From IMG/VR virus record IMGVR_UViG_2531839474_000014, positions 1 through 5,565 of that record: a stretch of DNA of 5,565 bases; one strand, written 5' to 3'. Under the pieces are notes generated by a model. The model was not told the origin of the DNA, did not search any database, and was given only the letters and a program-made list of their open reading frames with translations. Source of the stretch: a virus. Taxonomy: Duplodnaviria > Heunggongvirae > Uroviricota > Caudoviricetes. Below are positions 1 to 5,052 of this stretch, one piece after another (the stretch's first letter is position 1; each line of letters begins with the position of its first letter). A program made the position numbers and the translations under genes.

Positions 1-17
1 TATCGCGCCCTCAACAA

Positions 18-165
18 TGAGTTTTGTGATGCGGTGCCTGGTGCCTCCAGGTGACGTTAACCAGTTAACAATTAACGCCGGATACAGAGAATCCACCCAT
101 AACACTGTTTTTGGTTTTAACTGTTCCGCGTGCGCTTAGCCGCATTCACCGCATCACAAAATTCA
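18..165 (-). repeat. Long-range inverted repeat: arm 18-36 (tgagttttgtgatgcggtg) and arm 147-165 (caccgcatcacaaaattca), 18 of 19 complementary, about 110 bp apart; lies between the DicF terminator and the presumed dicB-like start
   Basis: Reverse complement of 18-36 is caccgcatcacaaaactca, differing from 147-165 at one position. Would form a long stem in a minus-strand read-through transcript. Confidence 0.55.
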
Positions 166-169
166 CTTT

Positions 170-227
170 AAAAAGGGCGGCAGAGCAGTCACGGAGTAAA
201 ACTGATACCGCCAAACGTCACCAGAAA
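170..227 (-). ncRNA. dicF: DicF-like small RNA (53-nt mature species about 175-227 plus U-tail to about 170), cell-division inhibitor sRNA of the dicB operon
   Basis: Minus-strand sequence TTTCTGGTGACGTTTGGCGGTATCAGTTTTACTCCGTGACTGCTCTGCCGCCC followed by TTTTT matches the E. coli DicF sequence as I recall it (53 nt). GGCGG...CCGCC stem plus U-run gives an intrinsic-terminator-like 3' end. Position downstream of ydfC-like gene matches the Qin order ydfABC-dicF-dicB. Confidence 0.75.
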
Positions 228-568
228 ATTGATAACAGAGGGCGTTGCAGCGGGGTTGTCACTTAAGCGTATGGTCAACCTGACAACCCGGTGTCCTCAA
301 CGGGGGAAGGAATAACCCCGCCATACTTACCGCCGCGCCATTTCGCGGATTGCCACAACCGGAAGCGCACGGTCGACGAAAATTTAACGACAGGCTATCT
401 ATGAACCAGCTACCTCGCCGTGCGCTTTCGCGTTATGGTCTGACTTTTCAGGGAAATATCCTTTCAGTAAACTGTCAGTGCCGGATGCTCACCCGTGTCC
501 GGCGCACGCACTCCACCTCACCCGTGGAGAACTCCTTAATTACCAACCTTAGCTTCGTTGGTTAGCTA

Positions 569-787
569 TTAACGCGGGTATGTAATCATTCTGGCAATGC
601 TTAATGCCGCTGCTTTTTCCAGATTGGTGATATCCTGCTCCAGAGAGAACAGATTTTCAGCCTGCTTAGCCCTGGCTTCATTAGCCCATTTCAGATCCTG
701 CGCTGCATTAATTTTCTGGTGCATCCACTCATAAAGTTCATCATCGGTATAGTCTGGCGCGATGATAACGGGTTCTCGTTTCTGCAT
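569..787 (-). CDS. ydfC: Small prophage protein, YdfC-like (72 aa), function unknown
   Basis: ORF with ATG at 787-785 preceded by GAGGAA 5 nt upstream (minus strand). 72 aa, same size and operon position as Qin YdfC. Symbol assigned from size, order and linkage to dicF, not from sequence alignment. Confidence 0.65.
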   Translation of the reverse strand: MQKREPVIIAPDYTDDELYEWMHQKINAAQDLKWANEARAKQAENLFSLEQDITNLEKAAALSIARMITYPR

Positions 788-816
788 ACTGATTCCTCGC
801 GGTGCTGTTTCGCTTA

Positions 817-945
817 TCAGCCGTTAGATTTTGCCGAACTGGAAAGCGCCTGTTTAAATTCGCTGAAGCTGAGAGCTTCTTCGCCTTCGGCAAGGCCTTC
901 GAAGTATTCTTCGTAAGCCTTTTCCATGATTGTGTCGAAATCCAT
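817..945 (-). CDS. ydfB: Small acidic protein, YdfB-like (42 aa: MDFDTIMEKAYEEYFEGLAEGEEALSFSEFKQALSSSAKSNG); not in the supplied ORF track
   Basis: Hand translation of the third minus frame. ATG at 945-943 preceded by AGGTGG with 5-nt spacer; stop at 819-817. Starts 1 nt after the ydfA-like stop. 42 aa matches the size of Qin YdfB. Confidence 0.6.
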   Translation of the reverse strand: MDFDTIMEKAYEEYFEGLAEGEEALSFSEFKQALSSSAKSNG

Positions 946-946
946 A

Positions 947-1102
947 TCACCCACCTGAATTTCTTTCCAGCCAGCGACGCGCTCCAGATTCGGTTTTAAA
1001 CGTTTTGCTTTTGGTATACGTCATTGCGGTGAACGTGCCGTCCTGGTTTGGAAACACGCCGTACACCAGAGATTCGTTGTTGCCAAGATCGATAGTATCC
1101 AT
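947..1102 (-). CDS. ydfA: Small prophage protein, YdfA-like (51 aa: MDTIDLGNNESLVYGVFPNQDGTFTAMTYTKSKTFKTESGARRWLERNSGG)
   Basis: Internal ATG (1102-1100) of the 947-1156 minus ORF has a GAGG RBS 6 nt upstream; the longer form has none. 51 aa matches Qin YdfA size; first gene after the repressor-controlled leftward promoter. Confidence 0.65.
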   Translation of the reverse strand: MDTIDLGNNESLVYGVFPNQDGTFTAMTYTKSKTFKTESGARRWLERNSGG

Positions 1103-1179
1103 GCTGACCTCATTTCCCCTTAACGCCGGGGTAGCGGAACTGTTTGCTGAGAACACCGTGCGGTGTCTTGATGGAAAAT

Positions 1180-1208
1180 AATTTAGAATAACCTAACATG
1201 AGAGGCAA
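1180..1208 (-). promoter_or_regulatory. Putative sigma70 promoter of the leftward ydfA-ydfB-ydfC-dicF operon (minus strand -35 TTGCCT at 1208-1203, 17-bp spacer, -10 TAAATT at 1185-1180)
   Basis: Hexamers read on the minus strand, each 4 of 6 to consensus. Flanked and overlapped by operator-like TTAG-N6-CTAA sites. Inferred from sequence only. Confidence 0.4.
1183..1196. promoter_or_regulatory. Operator-like site TTAGaataacCTAA overlapping the -10 of the leftward promoter
   Basis: Shares the TTAG-N6-CTAA core with three other sites around the repressor gene. Confidence 0.45.
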
Positions 1209-1215
1209 GTGTTTT

Positions 1216-1235
1216 TTGTTAGATTGATCTAACAA
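1216..1235. promoter_or_regulatory. Perfect palindrome TTGTTAGAT-tg-ATCTAACAA (9-bp arms), candidate repressor operator upstream of the leftward promoter
   Basis: Perfect dyad symmetry seen directly. Core TTAG-N6-CTAA at 1219-1232. Near-identical half-sites recur at 1728-1745 in the dicA-dicC intergenic region. Confidence 0.6.
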
Positions 1236-1270
1236 AAAGGGTGGGCGCAACTAATCACTTGAAAAGAATG

Positions 1271-1678
1271 TTATTTTATTGATTTATTTTTACGCGCTTT
1301 AAGCATTTCTTCGAAGAGTTTGTTGAAGTTTTCTACTCTTGCGCGCATTTCAGACAGCAAGGCTTCCTGCTCGGAAGATGGAAGAGCATCGAATAATTCG
1401 ATCAATTCTTTGTGGTTGGGAGTTAGCTCTGTTTCCACATGAAGTTCTTGTGCAGGCACTGGTGCCTTGTCTTCGTCACCAAACATTAGCCATGTAGGTG
1501 AGCACTTCAGAGCATCCGCTAAAGCAAACAATCGTTTTCCGACTGGCTGGGTTTCGTCTCTTTCCCATTGTGAAATTGTGACGTGAGCAACTCCAGCGAG
1601 GCGCGCGGCTTCTCGTTGTGTTAAGCGTAATTCTTTTCGTCGCGCCAGAACTCGCTGGCCCAGGGTTCTTGTATCCAT
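1271..1678 (-). CDS. dicA: DicA-like XRE-family HTH repressor (CI analogue), 135 aa
   Basis: N-terminal HTH (LRLTQREAARLAGVAHVTISQWERDETQP) and C-terminal half (CSPTW..FGDEDK ... EMRARVENFNKLFEEMLKARK) closely resemble E. coli DicA as recalled, same 135-aa length. The HTH recognition region differs, suggesting different operator specificity. Divergent from a Cro-like gene. Confidence 0.9.
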   Translation of the reverse strand: MDTRTLGQRVLARRKELRLTQREAARLAGVAHVTISQWERDETQPVGKRLFALADALKCSPTWLMFGDEDKAPVPAQELHVETELTPNHKELIELFDALPSSEQEALLSEMRARVENFNKLFEEMLKARKNKSIK

Positions 1679-1680
1679 AG

Positions 1681-1694
1681 TTAGGTAATTCTAA
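1681..1694. promoter_or_regulatory. Operator-like site TTAGgtaattCTAA next to the repressor start codon; overlaps a -10-like TAGAAT on the minus strand
   Basis: TTAG-N6-CTAA core. Minus-strand TAGAAT (complement of 1688-1693) sits 9 nt upstream of the dicA-like ATG, with no Shine-Dalgarno between. Confidence 0.4.
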
Positions 1695-1700
1695 TTTTTC

Positions 1701-1728
1701 TTGACTTAGGTATCCCGCGCACAATAAT
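1701..1728 (+). promoter_or_regulatory. Putative rightward promoter for the Cro-like gene (-35 TTGACT 1701-1706, 16-bp spacer, -10 AATAAT 1723-1728)
   Basis: -35 is 5 of 6 and -10 is 5 of 6 to consensus. The operator palindrome at 1728-1745 overlaps the -10 and predicted start site. Confidence 0.5.
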
Positions 1729-1745
1729 GTTAGAAAAGTCTAACA
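1728..1745. promoter_or_regulatory. Operator palindrome TGTTAG-aaaagt-CTAACA overlapping the rightward promoter
   Basis: Perfect 6-bp inverted arms with the same TGTTAG/CTAACA half-sites as the 1216-1235 palindrome. Confidence 0.6.
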
Positions 1746-1758
1746 AGAGGGGGATTTG

Positions 1759-1986
1759 ATGCTTAAAGTTGACGCAATTACTTTTTTTGGCAGCAAAACA
1801 AAGCTTGCCAATGCCGCAGGAGTGAGGCTGGCAAGTGTTGCTGCTTGGGGGATACTGGTTCCTGAAGGTCGCGCGATGCGTCTACAGGAGGCATCTGGCG
1901 GGGAGCTTCAGTATGATCCCAAAGTTTATGATGAATATCGTAAGACGAAGCGGGCGGGGCGGTTGAACAATGAAAATCACTCCTGA
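1759..1986 (+). CDS. dicC: Cro-like small DNA-binding protein (DicC analogue), about 75 aa
   Basis: Divergent from the repressor. ATG at 1759 with GAGGGGG RBS 5 nt upstream; the ORF-track start at 1756 is a TTG. Small basic protein in the Cro position. Symbol by position, not by verified alignment. Confidence 0.7.
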   Translation: MLKVDAITFFGSKTKLANAAGVRLASVAAWGILVPEGRAMRLQEASGGELQYDPKVYDEYRKTKRAGRLNNENHS

Positions 1987-2491
1987 ACAGGCTCGTGAGG
2001 CTCTGGATGCCTGGATATGTCGACCAGGAATGACACAGGAGCAGGCGACGATATTAATCACTGAAGCATTCTGGGCTTTGAAAGAGCGCCCGAACATCGA
2101 TGTTCAGCGTGTCACAGATGAAGGTGGCGCGGTTGATCAGCGAGCGCTTGGTGTTAATCGAGTGAAGATATTCGAACGCTGGAAGGCTATCGACACCAGG
2201 GATAAGCGTGAAAAGTTCACGGCGCTAGTGCCTGCGATTATGGAGGCTATCCGGATTAGTGATTTCAGGTTGTATCGTGAAATTACTGACGGAAAAAGCA
2301 TCACGTGCATGATCGCCGGGTTAAACAAAGAATATGGCGATGTGGTGGAGTCCGGACTGCTTTTTGCTGATCCTGCCGTAGTGGATCGTGAAACTGACGA
2401 ACTTATAGAAAAAGCAATTGCTTTCAAGCTTGCGTATCGACAGCAATACCAACAAAAAGCTGGATGGAATTATGAGCCTTCTTTTTGCTGA
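1970..2491 (+). CDS. YdaT-like protein (CII-analogue family), 173 aa
   Basis: Overlaps the Cro-like stop by 17 nt, suggesting translational coupling. The segment WKAIDTRDKREKFTALVPAIMEAIRISDFRLY resembles Rac YdaT (WLKGETKTQREKIQKLIPAILAILPRELRHRL) as recalled. Sits where CII would in a lambdoid layout. Confidence 0.6.
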   Translation: MKITPEQAREALDAWICRPGMTQEQATILITEAFWALKERPNIDVQRVTDEGGAVDQRALGVNRVKIFERWKAIDTRDKREKFTALVPAIMEAIRISDFRLYREITDGKSITCMIAGLNKEYGDVVESGLLFADPAVVDRETDELIEKAIAFKLAYRQQYQQKAGWNYEPSFC

Positions 2492-3437
2492 ACGCCCACT
2501 GGTTATAAACACGCAGCTGGCAATGAAAATTGGCTTAAACGAAGCCATTGTTTTGCAACAACTGCACTACTGGTTGAGAGATACCAACTCCGGCATGGAA
2601 TGTGATGGTGTTCGCTGGATTTATAACACAACGGAACAATGGCTGGAACAGTTCCCATTCTGGTCAGAGTCAACGTTAAAGCGCGCGTTTGCAAGTCTGA
2701 AAACGCTGGGGCTTTTGCGTTGTGAAAAGCTCAATAAATCAAAGCGCGATATGACCAATTTCTACACGATCAACTATGGGAGCGAGCTTTTAGATGGTGG
2801 CAAATTGAGCGAATCCATCGGTTCAAAATGCGCCGCTCCATCAGGTCAAAATGACACGATGGAAGAGGTCAAAATGAAACGCTCCATTGGTTCAAAACGA
2901 CTCAATGTCATCGGGTCAAAATGGCCTGATGATCTTACAGAGAATACAACAGAGATTACTACAGAGAATAAAAAGACTTCTCGTCCGGAAGCTTCGCAAC
3001 CGGACCCGCAGACGGTTGAACAGGATTTTTTAACCCGACACCCTGACGCGGTTGTGTTCAGTGCGAAAAAACGCCAGTGGGGCAGCCAGGAAGATTTGGC
3101 GTGTGCGCAGTGGATCTGGGGGCGAATCGTGAGTCTTTACGAGCAGGCCGCCAGCGATGATGGCGAGATTTCGCGACCGAAAGAACCCAACTGGACCGCA
3201 TGGGCCAACGACGTGCGCACAATGCGGATGCTGGATGGCAGAACTCACAGACAAATTTGTGAAATGTTTGGTCGGGTGCAGCGGGATCCATTCTGGGTAA
3301 AAAATATCATGAGTCCGTCAAAGCTTCGCGAAAAATGGGATGAACTGGTTATCCGCCTGGGGCGTTCGTCTGTACAGCGTTGTGTGAATCATATTTCTGA
3401 GCCGGATACCGAAATTCCGCCGGGCTTCAGGGGGTAA
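2472..3437 (+). CDS. Phage replication initiation protein (lambda-O-like organisation) with internal origin and DnaT-like C-terminal tail, 321 aa from the first ATG (alternative TTG start at 2418)
   Basis: Iterons and an AT-rich repeat block lie inside the coding sequence, as in lambda O. C-terminus VNHISEPDTEIPPGFRG matches the C-terminus of E. coli primosomal protein DnaT (...VNTVSEPDSQIPPGFRG) as recalled. Confidence 0.8.
   Translation: MSLLFAERPLVINTQLAMKIGLNEAIVLQQLHYWLRDTNSGMECDGVRWIYNTTEQWLEQFPFWSESTLKRAFASLKTLGLLRCEKLNKSKRDMTNFYTINYGSELLDGGKLSESIGSKCAAPSGQNDTMEEVKMKRSIGSKRLNVIGSKWPDDLTENTTEITTENKKTSRPEASQPDPQTVEQDFLTRHPDAVVFSAKKRQWGSQEDLACAQWIWGRIVSLYEQAASDDGEISRPKEPNWTAWANDVRTMRMLDGRTHRQICEMFGRVQRDPFWVKNIMSPSKLREKWDELVIRLGRSSVQRCVNHISEPDTEIPPGFRG
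2814..2923. repeat. Five direct iterons with core GGT(T/C)CAAAA(T/C)G, ending at 2830, 2853, 2876, 2899 and 2923 (23-24 bp phasing); putative phage origin inside the initiator gene
   Basis: tCCATCGGTTCAAAATG, tCCATCAGGTCAAAATG, gaAGAGGTCAAAATG, tCCATTGGTTCAAAACG, gtCATCGGGTCAAAATG. They encode repeated SIGSK-type peptides in the protein. Confidence 0.75.
2937..2970. repeat. Three 12-bp-phased A+T-rich repeats ACAGAGA(A/T)TA just right of the iterons; candidate DNA-unwinding element
   Basis: ACAGAGAATA at 2937, ACAGAGATTA at 2949, ACAGAGAATA at 2961. Position relative to the iterons mirrors the lambda origin. Confidence 0.55.
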
Positions 3438-3477
3438 GTGTTAATTTCTGGTCATGAGGTAATTTTCAGGAGGGCTT

Positions 3478-3900
3478 GTGGCAAAAGTTTTTACACAAGA
3501 AGAGCGGGAAAAAATTAAAGGGCAGGTTGTTGAACTCGTACGCCGGAGTGGGCGTGAGACGTTACGGCAACTGGAAGTCAAGACAGGTGCGACAAGATAT
3601 CTGATGAGCGTTCTCGCAAGAGAGCTGGTTGCCAGCGGCGATGTATACAACTCTGGTTACGGGTTATTCCCGTCTGAACAGGCGCGTAAGGACTGGCAAA
3701 ATGCCCGTAAAAAGCTCTCAAGGGCAAAGCTGAAGGAACCATCTGCGGTTGATCCGGACCTTATCTGGTCATTACCTGACGGAGAAATACGTCGCTACGA
3801 CAGGCGTCAGAACATAATCTGTCGCGAGTGCCGGAAGAGTGAAGTTATGCAGCGCATACTAGCATTCTATCAGGGAAATGCTCGATATTTATTGAAGTGA
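3478..3900 (+). CDS. Hypothetical prophage protein, 140 aa, GTG start; possible winged-helix-like N-terminus
   Basis: AGGAGG RBS at 3468-3473 upstream of GTG 3478. Composition matches the neighbouring phage genes. Ends with tandem stops TGA TGA. No family recognised. Confidence 0.65.
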   Translation: MAKVFTQEEREKIKGQVVELVRRSGRETLRQLEVKTGATRYLMSVLARELVASGDVYNSGYGLFPSEQARKDWQNARKKLSRAKLKEPSAVDPDLIWSLPDGEIRRYDRRQNIICRECRKSEVMQRILAFYQGNARYLLK

Positions 3901-4082
3901 TGAGATTAAAGTTTATTAGTTCAGATATTGATTGGCTCTTTTGTGGAGTAGGGTAGAGTTAGTGTGTTTGTCTGCTTGGTGCCAGCAGCGGATATGTTTA
4001 ACAACAGAAAGCATTCAGCATGGTTAGTGGATTTGCAAAGTGGATTAGGATTTGAGAAACTTTGATGAAGTTGTAAAGCTTG

Positions 4083-4117
4083 TTTCTATAAAAATAGAAA
4101 TTTAACTAATAGTTAAA
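4083..4117. promoter_or_regulatory. Two adjacent A+T-rich palindromes (TTTCTAT-aaaa-ATAGAAA at 4083-4100; TTTAACT-aat-AGTTAAA at 4101-4117) about 35-70 bp upstream of the orphan ORF; candidate operator or promoter region
   Basis: Perfect 7-bp inverted arms seen directly. Followed by AAGGA RBS (4139-4143) and ATG at 4153. Confidence 0.35.
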
Positions 4118-4152
4118 CACACCTCCAGCTTCATTGAAAAGGATTATTAGCT

Positions 4153-5052
4153 ATGATTGATCCACTTATTAGAAACTTACAGAGTGATATTGCACTACTC
4201 CAGCTTTATATCGCGCAACGCAAACAGGCAGGCTTTCATGACATGGAAAGAATAATTGAGTCATTGACCATCTTTATGTTTCGCGCGCTGAAAATGGGTG
4301 AACTGGTAAACATGAATCAGATTAAAGTTAATTTTCCCGCCATTGATTTAGCTGATAATAAAAACATGATAGCAGTTCAAGTTACTACGAATGCAAGTCC
4401 AGCAAAAATTAAAAAAACTATCGAATCTTTTGAGAAAATAAATGAAATAGGAGAGAGTCTGAAAGATAAATACTCTACTTTATATATTTTTGGTTTTTGT
4501 AAAGCCTCAAGATACCTAACTCCAAGTTATTGTAAAATAATCGACCCCAGCTATTTCGTGAATGAACTTTGCGATAAAGCAGATGAAGATATGGTCCAGG
4601 ATATGATTGACGCCATTCGACGCCATCATGATTATACATCATTACATCCATGGAGTGATAAAGATTCACTCGAAATTATACTCAATATTATTAATCGCAA
4701 TGCAATAAAACATCGGATGAGTTGCGAAGGCAGTCTGTCTGATATGCTCACTGGTTTAAAAGAAATTAATGAAGTAATTACAAAAGGAACAATTCAACGT
4801 AAGCAACGTTCAAAATCGATATCTGACTTCAAAGATCAAAGCATGGTGAAATTTATGAGAGGTGTAATGGATGATTTGTCTGTTATTCAAGCCATAGTGA
4901 ACAAATCTAAAGTTAACCAAGGTGATATGGTTTATATAAGCCATGAAGATATGATTAATATTGATAAATTAAAAGCTAAAATAGCAAGTGATTCATCAGA
5001 GATTGCAAGGCTAAATAATATTGATATAACACTAAATGTTGTTGATTTATAA
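4153..5052 (+). CDS. Orphan low-GC protein, 299 aa, function unknown; candidate accessory (defence or abortive-infection type) gene
   Basis: Long uninterrupted ORF with AAGGA RBS 9 nt upstream. G+C roughly 30-35 percent by eye against about 50 percent in flanking genes. No catalytic motif recognised. N-terminal segment NFPAIDLADNKNMIAVQVTTNASPAKIKK loosely recalls N-terminal domains of conflict-system proteins (unverified). Confidence 0.8.
   Translation: MIDPLIRNLQSDIALLQLYIAQRKQAGFHDMERIIESLTIFMFRALKMGELVNMNQIKVNFPAIDLADNKNMIAVQVTTNASPAKIKKTIESFEKINEIGESLKDKYSTLYIFGFCKASRYLTPSYCKIIDPSYFVNELCDKADEDMVQDMIDAIRRHHDYTSLHPWSDKDSLEIILNIINRNAIKHRMSCEGSLSDMLTGLKEINEVITKGTIQRKQRSKSISDFKDQSMVKFMRGVMDDLSVIQAIVNKSKVNQGDMVYISHEDMINIDKLKAKIASDSSEIARLNNIDITLNVVDL

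Noticed and set aside
350-565. 71-aa plus-strand ORF in the track
   Set aside because: Arginine-rich, unprotein-like translation with no RBS; it lies in the minus-strand transcribed region between ydfC-like and dicF, most likely untranslated precursor RNA.
995-1012. Possible frameshift joining the ydfA-like and ydfB-like frames at T/A homopolymer runs
   Set aside because: Each frame has its own RBS and start codon and the sizes (51 and 42 aa) match two separate genes; a frameshift is not needed to explain the layout. Alignment to relatives would settle it.
947-1156. Long form (69 aa) of the ydfA-like ORF starting at 1156
   Set aside because: No RBS ahead of the upstream ATG, whereas the internal ATG at 1102 has a GAGG RBS and gives a 51-aa product; the short form is preferred.
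719-1181. Plus-strand ORFs 719-916, 802-999 and 930-1181, and minus ORF 741-950
   Set aside because: They overlap the RBS-supported minus-strand genes (ydfA, ydfB, ydfC-like) in other frames; no RBS; low-complexity or basic translations typical of shadow frames.
1236-1270. T-run (CCCTTTTTG on the minus strand) after the repressor stop, considered as an intrinsic terminator
   Set aside because: No stable GC-rich hairpin precedes the T-run.
2418-2471. Upstream TTG start for the replication initiator (339-aa form)
   Set aside because: TTG with no convincing RBS and a 74-nt overlap with the upstream gene; the first ATG at 2472 is more likely, though the true start is not certain.
1476-3650. Antisense ORFs in the track (1476-1724, 1882-2097, 2137-2427, 2321-2548, 2503-2694, 3030-3254, 3058-3291, 3441-3650)
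   Set aside because: All lie opposite well-supported genes in the immunity and replication modules; no RBS; unprotein-like composition. Treated as shadow ORFs.
3972-3988. Short hairpin CTGCT-tggtgcc-AGCAG after the 140-aa gene, considered as a terminator
   Set aside because: Only a 5-bp stem and no following T-run; not a convincing intrinsic terminator.
3994-4065. 23-aa mini-ORF in the island leader
   Set aside because: Weak or absent RBS and very short; could be a leader peptide but there is no support from sequence alone.
4475-4669. 64-aa minus-strand ORF inside the orphan gene
   Set aside because: Antisense to a much longer, RBS-supported ORF; consistent with chance in A+T-rich DNA.
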